From a candidate division FCPU426 bacterium (lineage in GTDB: Bacteria > Oederibacteriota > JAAXVQ01 > JAUVAV01): a DNA stretch of 64,000 nucleotides. The position numbers and the translations under genes are program-made. This document shows, piece by piece, positions 9,235 through 19,500 of this stretch. The stretch covers positions 736,001-800,000 of the forward strand of contig JBFLYH010000001.1 in NCBI GenBank assembly GCA_040756875.1, in the 5' to 3' direction. Position 1 is the first letter of the stretch; every line of letters starts with the position of its first letter. The notes under the pieces were generated by a model. That model had not been told where the DNA came from. It did no database searches and saw nothing but the letters and a program-made list of their open reading frames with translations.

Positions 9235-10307
9235 GCTGGTCCTGCCTCAGAATCCTTCCGCCATTCTTCCTTCAGTTCCAGCGCGTTTTCAGGGCAAAGA
9301 TCGACGCAACGCAGGCACATGTGGCATTCCCTGGGGTTGACGACCCCGTTGCGGATGGCGCCAATGTCGCAGGCCAGGGTGCAGCGGCCGCAGCGCGTGC
9401 AGCGGCCGGCCGTGAACTCGATCCGGCGGGGGCTGTAGCGAGACGCCCAGCTTATGGCCAGCCGCCAGGGGCAAAGATAGCGGCACCAGATGCGCGGCAG
9501 GAGCAGGGCGGCCGCCACCACGATCACCGTGGCGAGAATCGAAGCCGGATCCACCACCTTGGCGAAGCCGAAATGCACGGGCGAGGTGATGCGCACGTGC
9601 ACCACGGCTGCGGCCACGACCAGAAAAAAGGACAGGTGCTTCAAGCGGCGCAAGGGCCCGTCCCAGGCGGCCAGCTTCCAGGACATCAGCAGGAGCAGCA
9701 CCACCACGATCAGGGACCAATACACCGTGGCGTCCTCGGCGAAAAATATCCGGGTGACGCTGAGCTGGTACAGCCACAGCAGGAAAAAAGCGGTCAGCAG
9801 CAGGGAGCCGATGAAAAAGACCCGGGAAAAGGGAAAACCTGCGGCTTGGCGCCGCTGGTGCCAGGACCGCGTCAGCAGGCCCAGGAATTCCTGCGAGGAC
9901 CCGGTGGGGCAGATCCAGCCGCAGAAAAAGGGCCCGAACAGGAGGCTGGTGACCAGGATCGTGACCGGCACCGAGGCGAAGTACAAGGCCAGGATATTTT
10001 CACGGCCGATCTCCCCGAAGCCCCGGAAAAAATTGGAAATCATGCCGAAGACGCCCATGCAGGTGTAGACCACGAATATGAAAATAAAAATGCCGAACAC
10101 CTGGGTAAGACGGCGCCAAACTTGACGGTGCCGCCGGGGCACCACCACCGGCAGCGCGGCAAGCAGGCCCAAGGCCAGCACGGTCAGCAGCTCGACGTAG
10201 CTGTCCTCCAGTCCGAGGAGGGCGCGTTCAAGCAGTTTCAGGTGGGCAATGGCCGTGCTTCCGGCCTCGGCCGCCCATCCGCCCAGGGCCTGCCACCATT
10301 CAGTCAT
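9222..10307 (-). CDS. NapH/MauN/NosR-like membrane ferredoxin (4Fe-4S binding protein)
   Basis: Many TM helices, FCGWICPTG, WCRYLCP, CTRCGRCTLAC and CHMCLRCVDLCP. Start MTEWW at 10307 overlaps the upstream stop, with GGAGG upstream. Confidence 0.85.
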   Translation of the reverse strand: MTEWWQALGGWAAEAGSTAIAHLKLLERALLGLEDSYVELLTVLALGLLAALPVVVPRRHRQVWRRLTQVFGIFIFIFVVYTCMGVFGMISNFFRGFGEIGRENILALYFASVPVTILVTSLLFGPFFCGWICPTGSSQEFLGLLTRSWHQRRQAAGFPFSRVFFIGSLLLTAFFLLWLYQLSVTRIFFAEDATVYWSLIVVVLLLLMSWKLAAWDGPLRRLKHLSFFLVVAAAVVHVRITSPVHFGFAKVVDPASILATVIVVAAALLLPRIWCRYLCPWRLAISWASRYSPRRIEFTAGRCTRCGRCTLACDIGAIRNGVVNPRECHMCLRCVDLCPENALELKEEWRKDSEAGPACPQ

Positions 10308-12840
10308 GCGTTCCTCCGGGCAGGAGATGCATGCGATCCGGCGGCCACCCGAGGTATGCGCGGGCTCCGGGGCGCAGGCGGACCAGCCAGGGCGCGGTGG
10401 CGTGTGCCGTGATTTCCGGCCCAGCGCTGAGGGCGACGACGATTTCCATAAACGCGCCGAAATCGCGCACACCCGTGACCCGGCCTGAAAAACGGCCAGG
10501 CCCGGGAAGGCGGTGCACTTCCACGTGCTCGGGCCGCACCATGGCCAGTGCTTCGCCCGCCGCTTTCCATCCCGGCCGCAAGGGCCAGTGCCCCCACGCG
10601 GTCCGGATGCGGCGACCTTTCACGTCCACGGGGAAAAAATTCCTGCCGCCCAGGAATTCGGCGGTGAACCGGTCCTGCGGCGCGCGGAAGATTTCAGCCA
10701 GCGGACCCACCTGGAGGATCCGGCCGGCGGACATCACCGCGCAGCGGCCGCCCAGGGCCCAGGCCTCCTGGCGGTCATGGGTCACGTGCAGGGTGGTGGT
10801 GCGCAATTCCGAGTGCATGTCCCGTAGGACGTCGCTGATTTCGCGGCGGCCCGGGGCGTCCAGCATGCCCAGGGGCTCGTCCAGCAGCAGCAGTTCGGGC
10901 TCCGTGATCAGGCTCCGGGCCAGGGCAACCTTGCGCTGTTCGCCGCCGGAAAGGTGCTGAATGCCGCGCCGCGCCAAAGGCTCCAGTCGGAACAATTCCA
11001 GGAAACGCGCCACGCGGCGGTCGCGTTCACCGCGCTCCACGCGCCGCATGCGCAAACCGAACGCCAGGTTCTGCGCCACGGTCAGGTGGGGAAACAAGTC
11101 ATTGCCCTGAACCATGTAACCCAGGGGCCGCCGGTTGGGAGGCAGGGCACTTACATCGCGTCCGGCCAGCCGGACCGTGCGAGGCGGCAGGCGGTGGAAT
11201 CCGGCCAGGGCGTTGAGCAGGGAACTCTTGCCGCTGCCGGTCGGCCCCAGGAGCACCATGTATTCGTTCGGCCGCACTTCCAGGGAAAGCGGCCCGAGTT
11301 GGAAGGCGCCGAGCCGCAGGCAAAGGTTTTGCATCTGCAAACTGGCGCTGCCAAGGCCGGACCGCCCGGCGGCTTTTGACCGCCGGGCCGACGCCGACGC
11401 TCGTGTTCGGGCCGCGCTGTTTCCAGGCGCGCTCTGCCGGGAAGCAGGCAGGGAATGCGGGTGGTCCTGAGGCACGGGATTCAGCATCCGGCTGGTCCAT
11501 TGCAGGAGGAAAAACATGCCGAGCGAAAAGAGGAGCAGCACGGAGACCAGGGGCGCGGTCTCAGCCAGCCCGGAGCTGAGAAACCGTGAATACACAGCCA
11601 CGGGCGCGGTCTCCGGTGAAGCGGCGATGAAAAACACCGCGCCGAACTCCCCGGCGGCGCGAGCCCAGGCCATGACCGCCCCCAGAAAAAGGCCGCGGCC
11701 CGCCAAAGGCAGGGTGACGCGCAGGAAAGCCAGCCAGGAATTTGCACCCAAGGTGCGGGCCGTTCCTTCGTACCGGGAGGGAACCGCTTCGTAGGCAGCC
11801 AGGGCGCTGCGGAAGAAAAACGGCAGTGCCACGAAAACCTGGGCGAGGATGATGCCCAGCATCGTGCCGTCAAAGCGAAGGCCGAAAGCGTCGAACAGCC
11901 ATCCACCCAGGATCTGCTGCTTGCCGAAAACGGACAGCAGCGCGATCCCGGCCACGGACTGGGGAATGACGATGGGAATGTCGATGACGGACAACAGCGC
12001 CGGTTTGCCCCAAAAATCGGTCCGGGCCACGGCGTAGGCCAGCGGAAGCACGATCACGCCCAGGAGGAGGGTGGCGACCGTGGCGGTAAACAGCGTAACG
12101 CCGATGGCGTCCACGATCTCGCGGTCGCGCAGCACGAGCAGCAAGTTGTGCGGGCTTTGGCCGAAAATCAGGGTCGCGACCGGGAACAGCACGCCGAACA
12201 GCAGCAAAAGGCCCACACCCAGGAAAAGCCAGGTCATGCGGGAATGCAGATCCATGCGGGTCGTGAAGAGGATTTTCAGGATTAAAAGCGAAATGACCGC
12301 GGTCTCCCAGGCGAAGGGCTGCGCCAGGGTAAAGGCCAGGATGATGGCCCACAGGCAGGCCACCAGCCGCAAGTGCCTGGCCGTGCCGGCCAAACCCAGG
12401 AGCGCGATCAAAAACAGCGGCTCCGCGTTTTCCAAAACGCGGAAAAAAAGCACGAACATCGCCAGATAGCTGGCGATGTAAACAAACACTTGTGGCCAGG
12501 CGCGGGCTGACCAGAGTTTCAGCACCACGTAAACGGTCAACAGGCTGCTCAAGAGCAGCACGGCGCTGGCAGCGGCCGTGGGCGACAGGGCATGCCCGAC
12601 CAGTCCGTGCCCGGCAATGATCAGCATAAAGCCCAAGCCTGAAGCCGGCTCAGCCTGGCCCCAGGCCAGCCAGGCGGCCAGCAGGACGTTGACTCCCAGC
12701 AGGGCCAGGGAAAAAGAGAAGCCGCCTGGAAGCCAGCCGGACCCGGTCAAAGCGGCCTGCGTTCCCGCATGCACAGCCAGGACCGCAGCCGGGAGCCAAA
12801 ACCTGCGCAGGCGGTCCGCGGTCAAAACTCGCCTCCCCAT
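10300..12840 (-). CDS. Fused ABC transporter: extra N-terminal TM domain + ModB/WtpB-type permease + ModC/WtpC-type ATPase with TOBE-like end
   Basis: Permease motifs DIPIVIPQSVAG, EAA-like YEGTARTLGA and WARAAGEFGA; Walker A GPTGSGKS, LSGGE, LLLLDEP and HVTHD. Confidence 0.85.
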   Translation of the reverse strand: MGRRVLTADRLRRFWLPAAVLAVHAGTQAALTGSGWLPGGFSFSLALLGVNVLLAAWLAWGQAEPASGLGFMLIIAGHGLVGHALSPTAAASAVLLLSSLLTVYVVLKLWSARAWPQVFVYIASYLAMFVLFFRVLENAEPLFLIALLGLAGTARHLRLVACLWAIILAFTLAQPFAWETAVISLLILKILFTTRMDLHSRMTWLFLGVGLLLLFGVLFPVATLIFGQSPHNLLLVLRDREIVDAIGVTLFTATVATLLLGVIVLPLAYAVARTDFWGKPALLSVIDIPIVIPQSVAGIALLSVFGKQQILGGWLFDAFGLRFDGTMLGIILAQVFVALPFFFRSALAAYEAVPSRYEGTARTLGANSWLAFLRVTLPLAGRGLFLGAVMAWARAAGEFGAVFFIAASPETAPVAVYSRFLSSGLAETAPLVSVLLLFSLGMFFLLQWTSRMLNPVPQDHPHSLPASRQSAPGNSAARTRASASARRSKAAGRSGLGSASLQMQNLCLRLGAFQLGPLSLEVRPNEYMVLLGPTGSGKSSLLNALAGFHRLPPRTVRLAGRDVSALPPNRRPLGYMVQGNDLFPHLTVAQNLAFGLRMRRVERGERDRRVARFLELFRLEPLARRGIQHLSGGEQRKVALARSLITEPELLLLDEPLGMLDAPGRREISDVLRDMHSELRTTTLHVTHDRQEAWALGGRCAVMSAGRILQVGPLAEIFRAPQDRFTAEFLGGRNFFPVDVKGRRIRTAWGHWPLRPGWKAAGEALAMVRPEHVEVHRLPGPGRFSGRVTGVRDFGAFMEIVVALSAGPEITAHATAPWLVRLRPGARAYLGWPPDRMHLLPGGTHD

Positions 12841-13745
12841 TCTGTCCAGGGAGCGGCAATTTGGTGATCTTCTTGTGGCCCGTAGAACCGGGGGGCGATC
12901 ACGGTGAAGCCCATTTCCGAAAAGGCCTCCAGATGTTCCTTGAAAATATAGCGGAGGGCCGTGGCCGCCAAGGCGGGATGGGGCGCCTGAACCGGAATGG
13001 CTGCCCCGCAGGTGATCAGGCGGCCGCGCACCGTGCGGATGGTTTTGCGGCCGCCGCTCCAGGCGGTGAAATTCACTTCAGCCCGGTCATAAGCCTGTCC
13101 CGGGCTCCCCAGGTTGACCTCCGGCGGCAGGCGCAAATAACGGATTTCGTGCGCCTGGCAGGTGGTGCGGTATAAAAACGCGTACTCCGCATCCCCGCTT
13201 TTCAGCCAGGCGGCCAGTTGTTCGGCGTGCTCGGCCAAACGCATGTCGCGGGATTTCAGGCGGTCGAAGAATCCGGGGTGCCCCTGCAACTCCCACAAGC
13301 GCCACAGCAGAAGCGTACGGTAGCCCACGGGCCCCAGATCCTCATTCACGCGGGCCAGGACGATGTCCGGCAAGGCGACCACCGACGCCCAATCGCGCTC
13401 CGCTTCATCCACGCGCCGGGCGCGAATGCCGAGGCCGAGCACCATCTCATCGTGCGCAAACTCCACGCGCCAGCGCACCTGGGACGCAGCCAGGGATTTA
13501 TACAATTCAGCGTCAGCCAGGAGCAGGAGGTCGCATTCCCGGCCCAGGTCCGTGACCATGCGGCACAAGGTCTGGCTGCCCGCCACCTCGGTGCTCAGGG
13601 AGGCGCCCAGGGTGTGCTCCATGTCCGGCGCCAGCTTGCGGATGGCCGGCGCCACTTGCGGCGCCTGAAAGACCACCAGCCGGGGCAGGGGCGGAGTGCA
13701 GGCCATCAGGAATCCGGCCAGTGACAGGCAGAGGATGCGGCGCAT
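12822..13745 (-). CDS. WtpA/ModA-like oxyanion-binding lipoprotein
   Basis: Lipobox FLMAC, then GSQTLCRMVTDLG, DLLLLAD, GYRTLL and EYAFLYRT resembling the WtpA family. Start placed at ATG 13745 (TGATG overlap). Confidence 0.75.
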   Translation of the reverse strand: MRRILCLSLAGFLMACTPPLPRLVVFQAPQVAPAIRKLAPDMEHTLGASLSTEVAGSQTLCRMVTDLGRECDLLLLADAELYKSLAASQVRWRVEFAHDEMVLGLGIRARRVDEAERDWASVVALPDIVLARVNEDLGPVGYRTLLLWRLWELQGHPGFFDRLKSRDMRLAEHAEQLAAWLKSGDAEYAFLYRTTCQAHEIRYLRLPPEVNLGSPGQAYDRAEVNFTAWSGGRKTIRTVRGRLITCGAAIPVQAPHPALAATALRYIFKEHLEAFSEMGFTVIAPRFYGPQEDHQIAAPWTEWGGEF

Positions 13746-14365
13746 CAGGGTCGCTCCTTTGGCTGCGTCCGGAGGAACAGCCACCCCAGCAGCACGGCCG
13801 TCACCAGGGGAAAAAGATACCACCACTGATACCAGGCGCGGCGGACATCCACTTCCACGAGCATGGCCGTGGGCATCGCGCCCTTGGAGACCGGCTGCAC
13901 CCGGAAGGAGAGGCAGGCGCGGAGAGCAGGGTCATCCAAGTGGAACGCCGGCACCTCCGTGTTTTCCGACAGCGGTTCATACTCCTCGCTCCAAACCAGG
14001 TCGAAGGTTTGGCCAGCGGTCGCGGTTTCCGGGACCTGGAACGCCAGGGTCAGCCCTGTTATTTTGTCGCCGCTCCAGCGCAGGCTTGCGCGCTCAACGG
14101 CGAGCGGAAGGGTGCGGCCTTGACGGTCATAGAGGGCCATATGATTGAGGGTTGGAAGGCGCAAGCCGGCGTTTTCCAGGCGGCCAATGACCAGCCGTTC
14201 CCCGGCAGCTGGCTGCAGGGAGGCGGGAACCGGGGCGCGGTCAGCGGTGATCACGGAGTCAGGGGCGTGATCGGTTATGACCAATCTGAAGCCTTGCAGG
14301 GCCAGCGCGGGGCTGCCGGCAAGATAAAAGCCTACTAGTGGCAGAAGGGGGAAAAACCAGCGCAT
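13745..14365 (-). CDS. Hypothetical exported protein with C-terminal membrane anchor
   Basis: Signal peptide ending SPALA and a C-terminal WYQWWYLFPLVTAVLLGWLFLR. Translationally coupled to the binding-protein gene. Confidence 0.7.
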   Translation of the reverse strand: MRWFFPLLPLVGFYLAGSPALALQGFRLVITDHAPDSVITADRAPVPASLQPAAGERLVIGRLENAGLRLPTLNHMALYDRQGRTLPLAVERASLRWSGDKITGLTLAFQVPETATAGQTFDLVWSEEYEPLSENTEVPAFHLDDPALRACLSFRVQPVSKGAMPTAMLVEVDVRRAWYQWWYLFPLVTAVLLGWLFLRTQPKERP

Positions 14366-14464
14366 CAGAAGTATCCGTATCCAATTGGGATTATATTTAA
14401 ACTAGCACAGATGCAGAAGGCAAGCCAGCGAATTCCCGGTTCCGGCAGGCAAGGCAGAAACGGG

Positions 14465-14493
14465 TTGTCCGATTTTTCCATCCTTGCTAAAAT
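14465..14493 (+). promoter_or_regulatory. Putative sigma70 promoter for the 14521-20200 operon
   Basis: TTGTCC-N17-TAAAAT with an extended -10 TG, in the divergent intergenic region. Confidence 0.45.
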
Positions 14494-14520
14494 TGTCGCA
14501 TCTTGCGCGGGGGGACGGCT

Positions 14521-15027
14521 ATGCGGCAGCAGGGCAAATCACGCACCGCAAAGGCGGTTTTGACCATGCTGGCGTTATCCACCCTCTTTTTCGCCGTTCC
14601 GGCCCAGCCTGAAACAGGCGACCCCGCCTTCGCCCTGGGGTTGAACTGGCCGGGACTGAGCGCCCGCTATTTTTTCACCCGCCAATGGGCCTGCGAGTTG
14701 TCTCTTCAGGCCGAAACCGGAGTCTTTCTCTTCGGACCCCGCCTGCTGTTTTATGTCTATGATTACTCCACCCTGCGTTTCTACGGCGGCCTGGAGGCGG
14801 ACAGCGTTTTTTTCCAGGAGGAGCACAGCCGGGGCAGCGGCTGGGCAGGCGAGCTCTTCGCCGGCGTCGAATGGTTCCCCTGGCAGCGGGTGTCCGTGCA
14901 AGCAGACATCGGCCCTGCCTGGATCAAGCTCACGGACGCGGACACCGGCCTGTTCATCGAAGACGCGCAGGAATGGGTGGCGCGCCTGGGCGTCAATTTG
15001 TACTTCTTCCGGAGTCCCGCGCCATGA
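14521..15027 (+). CDS. Small outer-membrane beta-barrel protein
   Basis: Signal peptide, amphipathic beta-strands (LGLNWPGLSARY, FAGVEWF) and C-terminal LGVNLYF. Confidence 0.7.
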   Translation: MRQQGKSRTAKAVLTMLALSTLFFAVPAQPETGDPAFALGLNWPGLSARYFFTRQWACELSLQAETGVFLFGPRLLFYVYDYSTLRFYGGLEADSVFFQEEHSRGSGWAGELFAGVEWFPWQRVSVQADIGPAWIKLTDADTGLFIEDAQEWVARLGVNLYFFRSPAP

Positions 15028-16487
15028 ACGTCCTCCGCCTGCTCTTCTGCGTCTCCATGCTGTTCCTGCTCTCGGCCCCGCCTGTCCGGGCCGGCCTGCA
15101 CTTCGGGATGACCGGAGCGGTAAAGCAAAAAGCCCGGGCCCTGGACCAGCAGGTGGACGCGCAACGCCATCCCGCCCCCGTGGTCCACAACGGCACGCTG
15201 CTGGTTCAAAACGGCGAAACCCTGGAGATCAAGGACTGCACTTACATCCAGAAAGGCGACATCGTCATCAGCGGCAACGCCGTCCTCAAGCTGACGGATT
15301 GCACTTTCATCCACGCGGCTGACCGCCATTTTCAATACCATCTTCTGCTGGAGGACACCGCCCAGCTGATCGCGACCCGTTCCCGGCTCGAAGCCAACGA
15401 GTTTTTCCTGTGGTGGCGCCTGCTGGACCAAAGCCGGTCTGTTTTCGACCAGGCGGCGTTCCAGGCGAAAGGCATCCGTCTCTGGATGCTGGACCAGGCC
15501 CAGGCCACCTTGACCAACTCCAGCCAAGTGTCCTTGTATGAAACCGGCGACCAGACCGCGACCGCCCCAGGCACCGCGTTCGTCAGGCACGAATTGAAAA
15601 GAACCGTCGCGAATGTCCCGACCGTGGTTTCGCCGGCGTGGGAAAGCACGATCATCTATTTGGATTATCCCGTCAATACGCCGTGCCCAGAAGACGCCAT
15701 CGAAATCTCCGCGGACGGCAGCCGCCTGTATTTTCTGTTCGGGACCGGCTTGACGAGCCAGATGACCCCCCTGGAAATGCTTTCGCGGCCCAACGGCACC
15801 TATGTGGTCCAGCGCCTGGCGGCCCCGGACCAATTCGGCCGGCCGGCCTTTTACGACCTGGGGCAGGGCGCTGCCTCGGGGCTTTCCCTGGACGGCGAAT
15901 GCTCCTTTACCCCGGACGGAACCAAGGTGTATTTCCATTCCAACCGGCCTGAAAACCTCGGGTACAACCATACCCCCTATGTAGAAGACGCCCAGGATAT
16001 TTACGTGGCTGACCTCAGCAACGGTGTCCCCGGTCCGGGGACCAATCTCGGTCCCACGGTCAATTCCATCTATTTGGACGGCGAACATTCGCTGACCCCG
16101 GACGGGCAGTACCTCTATTTCGCCTCGACCCGTCCCGGAGGCCTGGGTGGTTCCGATATCTACCTCAGCCAGACTGTCAGCGGAGTTTGGTCCGCGCCGG
16201 TCAGCGCCGGCAATACGGTCAACACCGCTTCCAACGACCTGCAGCCTTGTTTCTCGTCGGACGGCAACACCATGTACCTGACCACCGTGCGCGGCGGAAT
16301 TCCGGGCATCTATTCCTTCGACCGCAGCGGATCCGACTGGGTCAATCCCCAAGTGGTCATCCAGGGCGTCGGCGTGGGCGAGCCCTCTCTGACCGCGGAC
16401 GGCCAGTACCTCTACTTTGTCCACGTGTATATCGACGACCAGGACAGTGTCTTCGAGGCCGACGTGTGCTGCCTGCGCAGGAAATAG
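15024..16487 (+). CDS. Exported protein with an N-terminal beta-helix-like region and C-terminal PD40 (TolB-like) propeller repeats
   Basis: ATGA overlap at 15024. Repeats ISADGSRLYF, FTPDGTKVYFHSNR, LTPDGQYLYFASTRPGGLGGSDIY and LTADGQYLYF. Confidence 0.8.
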   Translation: MNVLRLLFCVSMLFLLSAPPVRAGLHFGMTGAVKQKARALDQQVDAQRHPAPVVHNGTLLVQNGETLEIKDCTYIQKGDIVISGNAVLKLTDCTFIHAADRHFQYHLLLEDTAQLIATRSRLEANEFFLWWRLLDQSRSVFDQAAFQAKGIRLWMLDQAQATLTNSSQVSLYETGDQTATAPGTAFVRHELKRTVANVPTVVSPAWESTIIYLDYPVNTPCPEDAIEISADGSRLYFLFGTGLTSQMTPLEMLSRPNGTYVVQRLAAPDQFGRPAFYDLGQGAASGLSLDGECSFTPDGTKVYFHSNRPENLGYNHTPYVEDAQDIYVADLSNGVPGPGTNLGPTVNSIYLDGEHSLTPDGQYLYFASTRPGGLGGSDIYLSQTVSGVWSAPVSAGNTVNTASNDLQPCFSSDGNTMYLTTVRGGIPGIYSFDRSGSDWVNPQVVIQGVGVGEPSLTADGQYLYFVHVYIDDQDSVFEADVCCLRRK

Positions 16488-16558
16488 TTTGAGCGGTTTT
16501 CCTGTCGCCGGGGTCCAAGCGTCATCCCTTAAAAACGGCATTTTCCAGGAGGAGCGCA

Positions 16559-19500
16559 ATGAAAAGATGGTGTTTCCGTTGGTGCCTGTCTGTGTGGGTG
16601 ACTTTCATCGGAGGAGGAATGGCCATGGCCGCAGCGCCGGCAGATGTTAAAGACACCGCTCTATTCCAGATCAATCCAGTCCAGCATAAAATCATCGCCC
16701 CCAAGCAGGACCTGGCCAAGTATCTCACGGTCAATTATCTTTCCCTGACCACGGACCAGCCGATTTATTGGCCCAACGAAGAAGTTTTCGCCAAGGCAAT
16801 GCTTCCCACCCGGCCGAACACGAAAGTCCGTTTGAAGCTGCAAAAGAAAGATTCCACCTCCCGCGATCTCGGCGTCTTCACCCTCGATCCGGCGGGCCTG
16901 GCAGTGGAAAAAATCCTGAGCGGCAAGGAAAAGAAACTGGAACCGGGCGAATACCGCCTGGAACTGAAAGCCGAGGACGGAACCCTGGAGACCTTCGCCA
17001 CGTTTACGGTGGTGGAAGGCGCGCTGGGCGCGCTGTCGTTTGCACACGAATTCAAGCAGGTGACCGAAGCCGGGGAATTGCGCAAAGCCAAAGGCGCCTG
17101 GTTCCTCGGCAATGCCGCGGGCGCGGGGAAGCGCTGGGGCAACGGGCTCAACGTGAAAAACGAGGTGCGGGTGATGAACCAGCCGTATCAAGGCCGCGCC
17201 CAAATCAAGAGCCGCTGTTATCTCGCGGGCTGCAACGGCGTCGAAGCCGGGCCCGCCCAGGAGGTTACGATCGAAAACGGCCTGTTGGAAGCCGTGCTGG
17301 ATGTCAGCAGCCATTCCGGCCCGTTTGAAATCGAGGTCATCACGCCCCAAGGCAGTCTGCGCTATCTGTTCGGCAAATCCGGTCATGTGGAGCGCCAGAA
17401 CATCCCCTTGGGCGCGGGATTTTCGCGCCGGTTTTTCGCCACCCTGGCCCCGTACGAAGGCACCGCTCCGGTCTATGGGCGCGACATCTACATTTTCGAG
17501 GAAAAATCCCAAAAACAAAACGAACCATGGGAATGGACCACGCCCGTGGCCGATCAAACGGAAGCCATCACGCTCAAGGTGCGCGAACCCCTGCGTCACG
17601 CCCGTCTGTTCGTTCTCCCTGTAAAAGGACAGGCAGAACCCCGCGAAATCCCGGTGCCGGACGAGCTGGAACCCGGACGCACGCTGACCGTTAAAATTTC
17701 CGCTCCCTACAGCCTGATTGCCATCGGCGGGTTCGCCAAGAAAGACGGCGCCTTCAAGGAAGGCTGGGGCATTGCTTACGTGGAATCCGATCTGGAGCTT
17801 AAAGTGTCCTTGCCCAAATCAGGCGCGCCCCTGAAACCCGTTACGATCTCGCTGCACACCCAGGAACGGGGAACCGGCAAGCCGGTTTCGGTTTACGGCG
17901 TGCTCGAGGTCTTCGACAACCGCGTGGCTTCCAAGAGCGGGCGTGAACCCCTCATCTCGGCTGTGGGCGATTCGTTCCGGGCTTTGTCCGATTACCTTTC
18001 CTCCTGGCGCGATTGGACGGGCATCCAGGCCGAAGAGGCACAGGACGCAGAAATGGCTGTCATGCCCTCCCAGGCGCCAGCCGCTCCCATGGGCAAGCGC
18101 GCTATGTTCATGGGTGCGGTATCCAAAGCGCGCAAGGCCCCCGCGCAAATGGCGGCGACGTCCGAACCTTCCGAAACTGCCGTTTCGCCCGAAGCCGCGG
18201 AGCAGGAACTGATTCGCGAAGGCGAAAGGAAAGTGGTTTACTGCGCCGTGGTGCGCACTGACAGCCAGGGCCAGGCCGAAATTTCAGCGACCCTTCCGCC
18301 GCAAACCGGCCGCTGTTCGGTCCGTTTCACCGCCGTACGGAACTACGACTGCCTGGACCAGCTTGAAAGCGTGGATGTAGGCAAGAAAACGTTCATCGAA
18401 TCCGCGATCCTCCCCCTGTTGCTACCGGGTTCAGAGATCCAGGCCCGGGCCCAAGTCAACAACGGGGAGTCCGGCCTGGTCATTGTCAAGGCCTATGGCG
18501 CCGGCTTGAAAAAACCCGTGACGTTCAAAATCAAACCCGGCCTGGAAGACGTAACGATCCCGTTGCAGGGCGGCCAGCCCGGCGTGCTGCACTTGGAAGT
18601 GCGCGGGACGGACAATCGTTTGCTGGATCAGCGTGAAATCCAGTTGCGCGATCTTTCCGCCTATCCGCTGACTTTCTCCGACCTTTCGCTTTCCGACGGC
18701 CAGCCGATGGCAGTGCCTTCGGGGCGCCGGATCGAACTTTACGCCACTCCCGGCCAGGCGTTGTCCGGCCTGGTGGCGAACATCCAGACCACCATGCATT
18801 CCTGGTTCGGACACAGCGAAGCCCTGAGCGCCCGGGCGGCCATTGACGCGGTGTTGCTGCGGGCCATGGCGGAAAAACTCCTGGCCGAGGAGGGATTGCG
18901 GGACGCGCTGGCAGCGGACCTGGTCAAGACGGTCAAGGACCTGGACGAAGCGTTTTACGACCCTGCCACCCGCCTCTTCCGCCCCTATCCCGGCGTGCCG
19001 GCCAACCCGGTCTGGAGCGCGTGGGTGCTGCGCAACTTCGCCACAGCCAGGGACAACCTGTCCGGTTCAGCCGCCTTGTCCGGCGAACTCGGGCCCACCC
19101 TCAAACTGCTCCAGTCGCGCGTCAAGGAACTTACCGCCGAGCTGGGCCGGCAGGGCTTCTCCCTGGATGAGCGCATCCAGCAGAATGCCTCGGGCCAGGA
19201 TGTCATTCCCGTTGAAATCGACGGCCAGGTCGTTTACCGCGCCCTGACCGACCGGGCGGTGGTCGATTGGTTCGTCAAGCGCATGGTGCCGGCCCTGGAT
19301 CTGCCCGGCCAGCCGTCTCCCCGCGAACTCAACGCCAAGTTCGTTCAGGCTTACGACACCTACCGTTTCCTGCGGGCTTTCGAACGCACAGGCAGTCTGT
19401 ATTATCTGCTGTTGAACGCCAAAGCCCTTTACGCCCAAAACGACCCGCATTTCACCCAGGTCTTCAACCAAATCGCCAAGGGCCTGATCTCCACCCAGGA

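Noticed and set aside
14366-14520. Moco/Wco riboswitch or ModE box upstream of the ABC operon
   Set aside because: No consensus recognisable by eye.
14781-16559. 592-aa minus-strand ORF
   Set aside because: Antisense to the PD40-repeat gene.
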